Shown: one piece after another, positions 17,533 to 25,177 of the stretch
Layout: the number at the start of each line of letters is the position of its first letter
Position numbering within the stretch: position 1 is the first letter of the stretch
From: a virus
Lineage: Duplodnaviria > Caudoviricetes
IMG/VR virus record: IMGVR_UViG_3300025875_000066
Location: 1 to 37,672 of that record
Reading direction: 5' to 3' (one strand)
Length of the DNA: 37,672 bases
Position numbers and translations under genes: made by a program
The notes under the pieces: generated by a model
What the model was told of the DNA's origin: nothing
Databases searched by the model: none
The model's input: the letters and a program-made list of their open reading frames with translations, nothing else

Positions 17533-17764
17533 TTGATAGCTCCTTTTCTAAAATTATTTTCTCGGTCTCCGATTTAGTCGTTCCGTTCCGGCGAATTTTC
17601 GTCTTCTGCTCGGTAACGATCGCCTTATCATTCTTAGTATAGAGGCGTTTCGCTATGCTTCCGTAACAGTAAACATAGTCGTCGGGGTCGTCGGGGTCGG
17701 CCCGGTGGACTAGGAAGCGAACCTTAACTTTCTCCAGTTTCGCCCCCTTCAACTTTTTAAGCAT
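17507..17764 (-). CDS. Hypothetical protein (85 aa)
   Basis: TAATG coupling. Confidence 0.7.
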   Translation of the reverse strand: MLKKLKGAKLEKVKVRFLVHRADPDDPDDYVYCYGSIAKRLYTKNDKAIVTEQKTKIRRNGTTKSETEKIILEKELSNATKTGTN

Positions 17765-18411
17765 TACTTTATTTCCGTATACCCGGCTTCCCGGTAAACT
17801 TCAATTCCAGCCATAAGCGTTTCGATACGCTCGATCGCCCAAGCCCGGGCCTTGCCCTTTTCTACGACCGTAATAGGCTTACGAACGTAGTCATGATGGA
17901 GTATTTCGGTACGATCTCTATTCCAGTACTCGCCCATATAGAGCTTTTCCTTAATCGGAATTTTCTTAAATGTCAGTAGCCAAGCGTAAAAATCAAGCTG
18001 AATACTGTCTTTATAGAATTTCCAAAGTGGAGGATAGTTACCGCTCCAGCCAGCCTCGGGCTCTCGAACCATTTTATAGTCGCCTATTAAATATTCGGAC
18101 TGGCTGAGTAGGTCGGGCGTAAAATGAATTACGACGCCGGGGAAGGGTTCGATAGCGAACGACTGTTCGGCGTGGCTAATCGGTATATTGCCGACGCCGA
18201 AGTATTCGGGTACTCGGTTCTCGGCCTTCCCCTCCTCCTCGAGACTTTCATGGCGAGCCCGGCCGAAGTCGAACGCTTCGAGCTCGAGCTTCTTACGCTG
18301 GCCGAAACGTTCCTCGAGAACCCTCTCCATACCGCTATCGGTGCAATTCATTAGCTCCGAGTAGCGAGTATGAAGCTTACCGTCGTCCTTTATTTTATAG
18401 GCGTTAGGCAT
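17764..18411 (-). CDS. PD-(D/E)XK exonuclease, partner of the annealase
   Basis: FTPDLL...IGDYK...QLDFYAW; adjacent to the RecT-like gene. Confidence 0.78.
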   Translation of the reverse strand: MPNAYKIKDDGKLHTRYSELMNCTDSGMERVLEERFGQRKKLELEAFDFGRARHESLEEEGKAENRVPEYFGVGNIPISHAEQSFAIEPFPGVVIHFTPDLLSQSEYLIGDYKMVREPEAGWSGNYPPLWKFYKDSIQLDFYAWLLTFKKIPIKEKLYMGEYWNRDRTEILHHDYVRKPITVVEKGKARAWAIERIETLMAGIEVYREAGYTEIK

Positions 18412-18415
18412 AGCG

Positions 18416-19339
18416 TTATTGGTCGATTACGTCTTGAGCCTTAGCTTTAGTATTGAGGCCAGTTCGAGCCGCTCCAATTTTATCTTTCAAAGTAGGGGCG
18501 TCGGCCGTAAAATCTACGTCAGCCAATACCTCGGCCGTTCCAGCTGTCGGGCCAAACACTTCGGGAACATACGTCTTACAAAGTACGTCTAGGACGTCGT
18601 AGCGGAGTTTTAAGCGTCGGTTCATACCCGGCTTCCAGCCCGGCTTCAGCTTGTTATATTTATCCATTGTATAACCGCTGTCGATCGCTTCGCCGTAGTT
18701 AATTTTTTCAGTATATTTTTCGTCGCCCTTGGTAATGGTCGCCTCGCAATATTGCGTTCGCTCGTCCTTCGGGTCGTCTTGGCCTTCACTAAACGCCAAG
18801 TTCCAGCCATGCTGACGAAGACGGTTTGGAACGGCCTTACCCCAGAGACTAATAGAGCCGTTAATGATAGTGAGGCTCTGAATACTTTCGATCGGCTGAA
18901 GGCCCATTTCTTTACCAGCCTGAAGAGCCATTAGAACCTGTAGCATATTCTCATAAGCTGACGGTACGGCCTTCGAGCTAAAGAAGTCTTGAGCGAGCCC
19001 TTTCATTTGAACGTAGGTATTCGGGTCGAGAATATCGCTCTTCTGAGTATTGGCCAGCGTCATAGCTTTAGGAGCTTCCGGCTGGGCCTGAATTGGTGCT
19101 GGAGCGGCCGCTTGGGGCGTCTCCGGCTCGTCGAAAGTGATTTCGGAGAACTCGACCGATAAACGCTCGCCGTCCTGTCGAATAACCTCAACTTCGGTTT
19201 CGCTCTGGCGATCGAGCATATCGTCGCCGTAAGCTATTACTGTTACTGTAAAGGTCTTACCGTCTTCGACGATAAAGCCTCTTTTACCCAGTACGTCCTT
19301 CATATTCGTTACGACTGGTTCGTTATTTAGTTCTGGCAT
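18416..19339 (-). CDS. RecT-like single-strand annealing protein (307 aa)
   Basis: VPSAY...ALQAGKEMGLQPIESIQSLTIING pattern. Confidence 0.75.
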   Translation of the reverse strand: MPELNNEPVVTNMKDVLGKRGFIVEDGKTFTVTVIAYGDDMLDRQSETEVEVIRQDGERLSVEFSEITFDEPETPQAAAPAPIQAQPEAPKAMTLANTQKSDILDPNTYVQMKGLAQDFFSSKAVPSAYENMLQVLMALQAGKEMGLQPIESIQSLTIINGSISLWGKAVPNRLRQHGWNLAFSEGQDDPKDERTQYCEATITKGDEKYTEKINYGEAIDSGYTMDKYNKLKPGWKPGMNRRLKLRYDVLDVLCKTYVPEVFGPTAGTAEVLADVDFTADAPTLKDKIGAARTGLNTKAKAQDVIDQ

Positions 19340-19341
19340 TT

Positions 19342-19417
19342 GTTAGGTCTCCTTTTAACTTAATGCTGTTTTTAGTATAGTCTTACCGCTTCCGTTTGTA
19401 AAGCTTTTTTTGTTCGG
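19342..19417 (-). promoter_or_regulatory. Leftward promoter CCGAACAAA...TTTACA-17-TATACT with CGGAAGCGGTA, plus AAAGGAGACCTAAC RBS box
   Basis: Exact spacing; all three recurrent boxes. Confidence 0.8.
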
Positions 19418-19583
19418 CTTTACGAGACATACGACGAGTATCGCCGCCGGGTTCGTCATTGTCATAACGACGCTTCTTAAATTTCTTTCGGTGGGGTTGG
19501 CCCTCCGCTTTTTGTAAATGCTGGTGGGTCATTGGCCGAAGCGGACAATTATCAGGACAAGCGACTTCGATATTATTCGCCAT
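19383..19583 (-). CDS. Small basic hypothetical protein (66 aa)
   Basis: Overlap-coupled ORF. Confidence 0.6.
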   Translation of the reverse strand: MANNIEVACPDNCPLRPMTHQHLQKAEGQPHRKKFKKRRYDNDEPGGDTRRMSRKAEQKKLYKRKR

Positions 19584-19827
19584 GAGTACAGTCCCCCGAG
19601 TTACAATCGTGATGTTCCCAACAGGTAGTATTTCCGTCGTCTCGGCCAGCTACTCGACAGTTACAGCCATTTAGTAGAATTTTATTCTGGCCCATACTCG
19701 AGTTCCAAATAAACCCGGCGTCTTCTTTAAGGACTTCGCCGCCGTAAATATGGTGGTCTCGGTGGGCTATTGCTTCCTCCCAACTATCAGTTTTGAAGTC
19801 GCAATTCATACACTCGTAAGCTTTCAC
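19573..19827 (-). CDS. Cys/His-rich zinc-finger protein (84 aa)
   Basis: YECMNCDF...HRDHH; AAGGAGG SD; GTG start. Confidence 0.72.
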   Translation of the reverse strand: MKAYECMNCDFKTDSWEEAIAHRDHHIYGGEVLKEDAGFIWNSSMGQNKILLNGCNCRVAGRDDGNTTCWEHHDCNSGDCTHGE

Positions 19828-19929
19828 TGGGGTATTCCCTCCTTTACTATTCTGGTTTTATTAGGGTCGGTACGATCGAAGACGATTAAATAAGCGTAAC
19901 CTTCGTGTACCCAGCCTCAAGTTGGTAAT

Positions 19930-20364
19930 TTATTCAAGAACTTTATTATGTGAAACGTTTCCGGCGGTATCATTTCCCAGTACGTTATTCGTGTTTTCGA
20001 CGTTCGTAATATTTGTATCTGGTTCTGGTAGCGGTTCGGGCGTCGGGTCGGCTTCAACTTCTGGAGCTGGCTCATTTGGCGTTTCCTCGCTTACTTGTGT
20101 TTGTTTTGGGGTGTCGTTAATGATCGGAGAGCTAACTAATGGAGTATCATTTTCGGGACTTGCCGTAAATGATGTATCGGAATTTTCAGTCTCGGAAACA
20201 GCTTCGATAGCTGGCTCTTCTTTTACTGGTGGCTCAGCCCATTGTCGAGTTTCTCTCGGCCCGGCTGGGATAAGCTGTACGTCGCTATAGGCGGCGGCTA
20301 CGCCAGTCCCGGTTAATACGGCGACGATTGCTATTCCTATAACGATTGGCTTAGTTATTTTCAT
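19930..20364 (-). CDS. Exported/membrane protein with acidic Pro-rich tail (144 aa)
   Basis: Signal/TM N-terminus; EP/TP repeats. Confidence 0.75.
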   Translation of the reverse strand: MKITKPIVIGIAIVAVLTGTGVAAAYSDVQLIPAGPRETRQWAEPPVKEEPAIEAVSETENSDTSFTASPENDTPLVSSPIINDTPKQTQVSEETPNEPAPEVEADPTPEPLPEPDTNITNVENTNNVLGNDTAGNVSHNKVLE

Positions 20365-20380
20365 ACTATTATTATACTCC

Positions 20381-20608
20381 TTATTGAACCGTTAAATGAC
20401 GGCTATAACGTTTCTGTCGATTGCGAGCTTCTCGCTCTTCGTCCCGAACTACTTTACGCTCAGGCTTGAACGTTTCGGGTAGCGGCTGGCTCATACGATC
20501 TAATAAAGTATCGTCGGTCAGGCCGTCAAAGTCCGGCTCGTTTACCATTTTCCGCAAGAGAAAATTCTGGCGGCGGCGGTTTTGTTTGAATGTTTTTAGT
20601 GGGTGCAT
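20381..20608 (-). CDS. Hypothetical basic protein (75 aa), first gene of the leftward arm
   Basis: AAAGGAGACCTAAC RBS. Confidence 0.78.
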   Translation of the reverse strand: MHPLKTFKQNRRRQNFLLRKMVNEPDFDGLTDDTLLDRMSQPLPETFKPERKVVRDEEREARNRQKRYSRHLTVQ

Positions 20609-20611
20609 TTC

Positions 20612-20690
20612 GTTAGGTCTCCTTTTATTTAACTTATGCTATCCCTATACTACCGCTTCCGCTTAGGCTCGTCAAGTACTTTTTGTTCGG
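20612..20690 (-). promoter_or_regulatory. Main leftward promoter CCGAACAAA...TTGACG-17-TAGTAT with CGGAAGCGG, plus RBS box
   Basis: Exact spacing; all three recurrent boxes. Confidence 0.8.
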
Positions 20691-20692
20691 TT

Positions 20693-20701
20693 TTATCCAC
20701 A
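20693..20701 (+). promoter_or_regulatory. Consensus DnaA box TTATCCACA
   Basis: Perfect 9-mer between divergent promoters. Confidence 0.55.
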
Positions 20702-20724
20702 AGCCGTTTAAGGTAAAATAACAG

Positions 20725-20815
20725 TAGCCCGAGCGTTAATTTGTGTGTTAGGTCTCAACTTTACTTCACTACTAACCAGAAGGGCTAGAGAGCCGCCTAC
20801 TTGGGCGGCTTTCGT
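20725..20815 (+). ncRNA. Candidate trans-acting antisense sRNA carrying GUUAGGUCUC
   Basis: TAAAAT -10 at 20714-20719; TAGCCC/GGGCTA closing stem; terminator 20791-20815; seed complementary to the RBS boxes. Confidence 0.6.
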
Positions 20816-20816
20816 T
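20791..20816 (+). terminator. Intrinsic terminator
   Basis: AGCCGCCT-actt-GGGCGGCT-TTCGTT; U.G pair and U-tail favour the plus strand. Confidence 0.65.
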
Positions 20817-21120
20817 ATTGCCCGGTCTTCCTCAGTTCTCGCTTCATACAGGTAATAAAATAGGCCAGCGGACTATTAGCCCGGGCCGACGCTTCCATAG
20901 CGTTATTTATTACAGCTTCCGACAAGTACCAACCAGCCTTTCGAAATAGCGGAGTATGGCTCTCGCTACGGAAGTGGCTAATTAGCCGCTCTACGATACC
21001 GTCTACCTGATTTACGCTCTTATGATTTCTTATGATCTTATGAGAAGATTTCTCTTGAAATTTCTTAGGATCATATGAGGTTCGAGCTGACAAAGTTTGT
21101 TCGATTTTTTGCATTGACAT
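20815..21120 (-). CDS. Putative small replication protein (DnaD/Rep C-terminal-like, 101 aa)
   Basis: ANSPLAYFITCMKREL resembles the xP.AY...(I/L) helix of initiator C-terminal domains; adjacent to DnaA boxes. Confidence 0.45.
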   Translation of the reverse strand: MSMQKIEQTLSARTSYDPKKFQEKSSHKIIRNHKSVNQVDGIVERLISHFRSESHTPLFRKAGWYLSEAVINNAMEASARANSPLAYFITCMKRELRKTGQ

Positions 21121-21142
21121 AGTACCCCCACCCCCCTATAAT
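21114..21142 (+). promoter_or_regulatory. Perfect sigma70 promoter TTGACA-17-TATAAT
   Basis: Exact consensus; overlaps the start of the opposite-strand gene. Confidence 0.85.
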
Positions 21143-21148
21143 AATCAG

Positions 21149-21206
21149 TAGGCTAAGACAAGAGACAACTCTTAACAAAGCTCCCGATTAACCCTCGGGG
21201 GTTTTT
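21149..21206 (+). ncRNA. Candidate ~58-nt countertranscript RNA
   Basis: Between the perfect promoter and the terminator CTCCCGA-ttaaccc-TCGGGGG-TTTTT; no ORF. Confidence 0.65.
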
Positions 21207-21280
21207 AATTTATACCTATTTTCTCGAGGCGACTAGTACGCTTCAAATTGTTACTCGCTTAGTCGGCTAAGACAAAAGAC
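21151..21280. repeat. Direct repeat GGCTAAGACAA(G/A)AGAC x2 (21151-21166, 21265-21280)
   Basis: 15 of 16 bases identical. Confidence 0.85.
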
Positions 21281-21291
21281 GAGCTGTATCT

Positions 21292-21321
21292 ATCATACGT
21301 CAGCTATTGACGTTTTGTAAA
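21292..21321 (-). promoter_or_regulatory. Leftward promoter TTTACA-18-TATGAT with palindrome ACGTCA-N5-TGACGT (21297-21313)
   Basis: Promoter elements plus an inverted repeat. Confidence 0.55.
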
Positions 21322-21339
21322 TACGGTTATGTTCGGGAC

Positions 21340-21380
21340 TGTGTATAAAGCTGGGGAAAACCGGGGGAAAAGGTGGATAA
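21340..21380 (-). other. Tandem DnaA-box-like cluster (candidate replication origin)
   Basis: TGTGTATAA, TGGGGAAAA, GGGGGAAAA, GGTGGATAA in the same orientation. Confidence 0.55.
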
Positions 21381-21400
21381 CTCTCCGAGCATAATCGTTA

Positions 21401-21457
21401 TTGAAAACGCCGAACAAATTTCGTATACTAGGAGTACTAAGCTAAAGGAGACCTAGC
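21401..21457 (+). promoter_or_regulatory. Rightward promoter TTGAAA-17-TATACT with CCGAACAAA in the spacer, plus AAAGGAGACCTAGC RBS box
   Basis: Exact spacing; shared boxes. Confidence 0.8.
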
Positions 21458-21460
21458 GAA

Positions 21461-21778
21461 ATGAAAGACGTAATTTATCTAGTAGCAAATAAGAACCGTA
21501 TCGACCGCTTAATGAGGAGCGTTCCAGAAAACCTTCGTAAAGGCGAACACGCTATGAGGGTCGAAGTAACTATTGACGATCAAGCTTTTAGAAGTCCGTT
21601 ATTAACCAAACAAATTCATGTCGAAGACTGGCGAGAAGGAATAGACGTATCGGACGTCGAATTTAGCGAGCCGTATATCACCGAAGCCGAGGCTAAGATT
21701 ATTCGAGACCGCCGAGAGGCCCAGCTTATCGAGACCCTCCAAGCCAAGGGCTATAAAATTGAAAAGGTAGAAGAGTAA
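21461..21778 (+). CDS. Hypothetical protein (105 aa)
   Basis: Strong SD; first gene of the rightward arm. Confidence 0.8.
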   Translation: MKDVIYLVANKNRIDRLMRSVPENLRKGEHAMRVEVTIDDQAFRSPLLTKQIHVEDWREGIDVSDVEFSEPYITEAEAKIIRDRREAQLIETLQAKGYKIEKVEE

Positions 21779-21779
21779 T

Positions 21780-21968
21780 ATGTTCCCTATGAAAATGATC
21801 GAAGACTATAAAATTCTTAGCCAATATACCGAGCCTCAAAAACTCGAGGACGACGTTAAGAAATATCTAGCTAAAGGCTGGACGTTACTCGGCTCAGTTC
21901 AAGCCCACTACAACGCCCAAGAAGGTAATGTTTATACTCAGGTCGTTATTAAGGTGGCCGAGAAATGA
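21780..21968 (+). CDS. DUF1737-like small protein
   Basis: YKIL...LEDDVKKYLAKGWTLLGS...YTQVVIK. Confidence 0.65.
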   Translation: MFPMKMIEDYKILSQYTEPQKLEDDVKKYLAKGWTLLGSVQAHYNAQEGNVYTQVVIKVAEK

Positions 21969-22336
21969 GTAAAGTTTATACAGTAATGCTTCGACTTCAT
22001 GGCGAGACAACCGGGCTTATGCTTTATCAGGCCCGGGCCAAAAGCCGGAATGGGCTCGTGCTCTTAATGAACGTCCAAGGTCTCGTTCCTAAGTACGATA
22101 TTTTGAGCGTTACCGAACGCCCGGCTCGTGAGTTTGTGCTTGGCGTACTATTTCCTCGAACCGTCCAGACTAATAACGCCGACCTAAAAGAAGCGAATAA
22201 AGACGGCGGCCTGAAGGCTTACTTTAAGCCGCTCGTATGCTGGCTGAAACGAGACCACCCACGACGACGTTACGGCGATCATGGCGAAATTTGCCGACGA
22301 TGTAAAACAGTATTTCCTAATGAGGGGGCGGCGTAA
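21965..22336 (+). CDS. Hypothetical protein with C-terminal C..H..CxxC
   Basis: ATGA coupling. Confidence 0.72.
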   Translation: MSKVYTVMLRLHGETTGLMLYQARAKSRNGLVLLMNVQGLVPKYDILSVTERPAREFVLGVLFPRTVQTNNADLKEANKDGGLKAYFKPLVCWLKRDHPRRRYGDHGEICRRCKTVFPNEGAA

Positions 22337-22503
22337 TGTCTATATACCAACAGCTATTTTTCGCTCTCGTAATTTTCTTTATGTGTTTTCTTGGGGCTTA
22401 CTGGTTTATGCAAAATTGGCAAATTCAACACGCCCTTCTGTGGTACGTTTTCTGTCTTATCCTGCTAATAATTTTATTGTTCAAAAAAGGAACTGACGAA
22501 TGA
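22336..22503 (+). CDS. Small two-TM membrane protein (55 aa, MSIYQQLFFALVIFF...), not in the ORF track
   Basis: TAATG and ATGA overlaps at the two ends; two hydrophobic helices. Confidence 0.7.
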   Translation: MSIYQQLFFALVIFFMCFLGAYWFMQNWQIQHALLWYVFCLILLIILLFKKGTDE

Positions 22504-22748
22504 ATGAAACTCAGAAAAAAATCTTAGCCTATATTCGCCGCTATCATAAACGGAAGGGCTTCGCTCCAACTCAGCGAGAAATAGCTAACTATGCTCAGCG
22601 TTCAGTAAGCACTATTAACGAGGCTCTCGCCGGGCTCGAAGCACTTGGTAAGATCAGCAGGGAAAAAGCTCGCTCCGCTAACTCGGGTAAGGGCCGAACA
22701 ATCATATTACCCGGTTCTAATGTGAACAGTAGGACGATCAACTTATGA
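22500..22748 (+). CDS. LexA-type winged-helix DNA-binding domain without a peptidase domain (82 aa)
   Basis: TQKKILAYI...GFAPTQREIA...SVSTI...L..LE..GKISR...RTI. Confidence 0.82.
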   Translation: MNETQKKILAYIRRYHKRKGFAPTQREIANYAQRSVSTINEALAGLEALGKISREKARSANSGKGRTIILPGSNVNSRTINL

Positions 22749-22752
22749 GCCT

Positions 22753-22843
22753 ATGTTCTATTTTTGTTCGCTCCCCTACCCTGCTTTTGTTCGGAAAAAA
22801 AGCCCCCTAACAGGGGTGGCGGTTTTTTCAAGAGCCGAACAAA
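22753..22843. promoter_or_regulatory. Cluster of TTTGTTCG(G) boxes around a terminator-like hairpin
   Basis: Boxes at 22763, 22786 and 22835; A-run/CCCCT-aac-AGGGG/T-run. Confidence 0.6.
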
Positions 22844-22899
22844 GATAGAAGGGGATTAACACAATAAAATAACCAATAAGTAAAAAAGGTGGTAGAGAT

Positions 22900-23295
22900 A
22901 TGGTAACTCAAACAGAACAAGAACAAATGGATAAATGTCCGATCGACGGAAACTTTTTCGTCCCCAAGGCTGGAAAAAAAGTCTGTTCCGATAAATGTAA
23001 AAGGCTCTGGGATAGTCAGAACCGAAGGCTTCGTAAAGAGCTTATTAAACAGCAACAAGAGCGAGACGTAGCGACGGCCGAAGCCGATCGTGAAGCCGCC
23101 AATGCTCGCCGTCGCCGAGACCGGGCCGAGAAAAAAGCTCAGGAAGCGGCCGCTAATAAAGTCCAATATGAGACGCCACAGGAAGCCGAAGCTTGGACGA
23201 AATTTAAGTTCCCGAATAAGGCTCAGATTATATTTATCGTGGCTCTTCATGTCATAGTAATTTTGCTAATTCTGGGCTTGCCGAATGGAAGCTGA
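22900..23295 (+). CDS. Zinc-finger, coiled-coil and C-terminal TM protein (131 aa)
   Basis: CPID...VCSDKC; hydrophobic tail. Confidence 0.75.
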   Translation: MVTQTEQEQMDKCPIDGNFFVPKAGKKVCSDKCKRLWDSQNRRLRKELIKQQQERDVATAEADREAANARRRRDRAEKKAQEAAANKVQYETPQEAEAWTKFKFPNKAQIIFIVALHVIVILLILGLPNGS

Positions 23296-23446
23296 GCCCG
23301 ATACTACGAACGTCGTTTATATTGACGAATTCCCGGAATTGAAAAAGCGGGTTTGGTTACGACGGCTGAACCGGGAACGCCAACTAGGTAAAGAAGTCGT
23401 CGGTAAAGTATTGGTTCTACCTGAACCGCCGGACGGAGCGGCGTAA
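23285..23446 (+). CDS. Small hypothetical protein (53 aa, MEAEPDTTNVVYIDEFPELKKR...DGAA), not in the ORF track
   Basis: Fills the gap; TAATG coupling. Confidence 0.65.
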   Translation: MEAEPDTTNVVYIDEFPELKKRVWLRRLNRERQLGKEVVGKVLVLPEPPDGAA

Positions 23447-23673
23447 TGCGATACGGTTTACTACGAGCCTCCGAAGAGCTGAAGGAAGAGATCGACAAAT
23501 ATAAAATTTATATCGACGTCGAGGGCGGCTATATCGGCCGGGGAAATGTCGTTATGCCGATACCCTACGGAATGAGCCGGGAAGTTTGTAAGCGAAATAT
23601 TCGAACGTATATTAAACAGGCGAAAGACGAAATCGCCGCTAAGCAATTAGAGAAACAGACGAGGTTAATATGA
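23446..23673 (+). CDS. Hypothetical protein (75 aa)
   Basis: Coupled ORF. Confidence 0.7.
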   Translation: MRYGLLRASEELKEEIDKYKIYIDVEGGYIGRGNVVMPIPYGMSREVCKRNIRTYIKQAKDEIAAKQLEKQTRLI

Positions 23674-23930
23674 GCCAAGGTACAATATGCCACCGACACG
23701 ACAGAAGCAATTACAGGCTGGCCCACGTTCGTCATAATCATTCAGCCTTTAGCGGCTACCACCGAACGTACAGCGACTACAGCTCCGTCGTATGTGTCGC
23801 CCCAGACCCGACTTCCTCGAACCCTAATAATGTTTGTAGCCACCGCTGGAATTCTAAAGCGGCTTGGGTGGATAATTTAGCCCACCTCAGCCCGGCCGAC
23901 GGCTACGCTATGAAGGAGACCTGTTTATGA
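23670..23930 (+). CDS. His/Cys-rich hypothetical protein (86 aa)
   Basis: GAGG SD; ATGA coupling. Confidence 0.72.
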   Translation: MSQGTICHRHDRSNYRLAHVRHNHSAFSGYHRTYSDYSSVVCVAPDPTSSNPNNVCSHRWNSKAAWVDNLAHLSPADGYAMKETCL

Positions 23931-24142
23931 GACAGCCAACCGCCGAAGAAAAAAAGAACTATCGTTATATGACGACTATCGTTATAGACGTTAAACGTAC
24001 CGATAACCAGCCTCTTACCGACGAAGAGAACGCTATGGTCGATAAAATGAGGGTCGCCGCCGAGCAAGCTATCGCCGAAATTATGAAGGCTAACGGCAAT
24101 TCAAATAGTAAACACCTTGGAACAGCGAGGAAAATATACTAA
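23927..24142 (+). CDS. Hypothetical protein (71 aa)
   Basis: AAGGAGACCTG RBS. Confidence 0.72.
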   Translation: MRQPTAEEKKNYRYMTTIVIDVKRTDNQPLTDEENAMVDKMRVAAEQAIAEIMKANGNSNSKHLGTARKIY

Positions 24143-24288
24143 TGCTCTGGCCGCCGATCTATACTTTTGTTCGACCTCTACCAGTAGCCACGCTGGATAT
24201 TTCCAAGAAGCGAAATCGTTTCCAACGCCGGAAGCTAGTATTTGGTAAGGGAACTAAGCCCTTTAGGGGCTGGGACGGTCTCGTATGA
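24142..24288 (+). CDS. Small basic hypothetical protein (48 aa), not in the ORF track
   Basis: TAATG and ATGA overlaps. Confidence 0.55.
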   Translation: MLWPPIYTFVRPLPVATLDISKKRNRFQRRKLVFGKGTKPFRGWDGLV

Positions 24289-24968
24289 AAGAAGCCGATC
24301 TATACGCTCCAGTAAAAAAGTCGTTCAAGGCCGACGGCTACGCCGTTTATGCTGAGGTGGCTTGTAATTATCGTGGTGTAGATATGGTGGCCGAGAAGGG
24401 CGACGAACAAATAGCTATAGAGCTCAAGCTTAGTTTTAACGATAAAGTCGTCCAACAGGCTCGAGACAATAAGCATTTCTTCGATAAATCGTATATAGCG
24501 TTCCCGGTAAAAAAGCCGATCTATTTCAATATGCCGGAGCACCTGTCGAAGCTTCGGGAAAGCGTACAGTGGCGTTATACCGTATGTCAGAAAATGGGTA
24601 TCGGAATACTCGAGGTTTTACCAAGTGGCTTAATATTCGAGGTGCTGGAAGCCGAGGTACTCGAGCGTAATAAACATATTCGACGCTTAGACCTTACCCA
24701 CTATATCGAAGCCGACGATGATGTAGGCGGCCTTCCGTACCAGCGAGGCGTCTCAGAGGGCTATCACGAGCTCGAAGCTATCAAACGCTATGTTACGGAA
24801 CACCCGAACGCTAGCTGGGCCGAAATCTATAAAAATGTCAGCAATCATTACTCAGGGGCTCAGAGTATGGCCGGAGCTATGCGACAGTGGAGGGGCTTTA
24901 GCTTATTGGAATTTAAGAAGGGGCTCGCAACGTATAAACCCGAGCCAGTTCAGGAGAGCATGATATGA
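24285..24968 (+). CDS. PD-(D/E)XK-fold protein, DUF2161/MmcB-like (227 aa)
   Basis: MKEADLY.PVK...GYAVYAEV...VDMVA...IAIELKLSF. Confidence 0.7.
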   Translation: MKEADLYAPVKKSFKADGYAVYAEVACNYRGVDMVAEKGDEQIAIELKLSFNDKVVQQARDNKHFFDKSYIAFPVKKPIYFNMPEHLSKLRESVQWRYTVCQKMGIGILEVLPSGLIFEVLEAEVLERNKHIRRLDLTHYIEADDDVGGLPYQRGVSEGYHELEAIKRYVTEHPNASWAEIYKNVSNHYSGAQSMAGAMRQWRGFSLLEFKKGLATYKPEPVQESMI

Positions 24969-25177
24969 ATATAATTTTCCATAAGGGCTTCGGTAGTAGA
25001 ATTCTTGTCGCCATATTCGGTAAACAGTCCAGCCAGTGTAACTTCTGTTTTAGGAAGGTTACTCAGCGAAACCTTGGAATGATATTCAAGGGCGGTAAAG
25101 AAGAGAGCGATACTATATACGTTTGTTGCAATAATTTAATCTGTCTCCTCGGAGCGGAGGAAGTGAGGAAAGCATGA
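24965..25177 (+). CDS. Small Cys-rich protein (70 aa)
   Basis: CNFC...CCNNLIC; GGAG SD. Confidence 0.68.
   Translation: MNIIFHKGFGSRILVAIFGKQSSQCNFCFRKVTQRNLGMIFKGGKEESDTIYVCCNNLICLLGAEEVRKA

Noticed and set aside
17678-17700. GTCGGGGTC tandem repeat
   Set aside because: Simply encodes DPDDPDD within a CDS
19824-19973. Possible minus-strand ORF interrupted by TGA (recoding or pseudogene)
   Set aside because: Single short case; TGA is used as a normal stop in several ATGA overlaps, so there is no evidence for an alternative code
21125-21136. G-quadruplex from the C/G tract
   Set aside because: Only two G-runs; explained as promoter spacer and G-rich RBS of ORF 21120
21411-21423. Canonical Gram-positive SOS box
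   Set aside because: CGAAC-AAA-TTTCG is one base short of CGAAC-N4-GTTCG, and the other copies are unpaired half-sites
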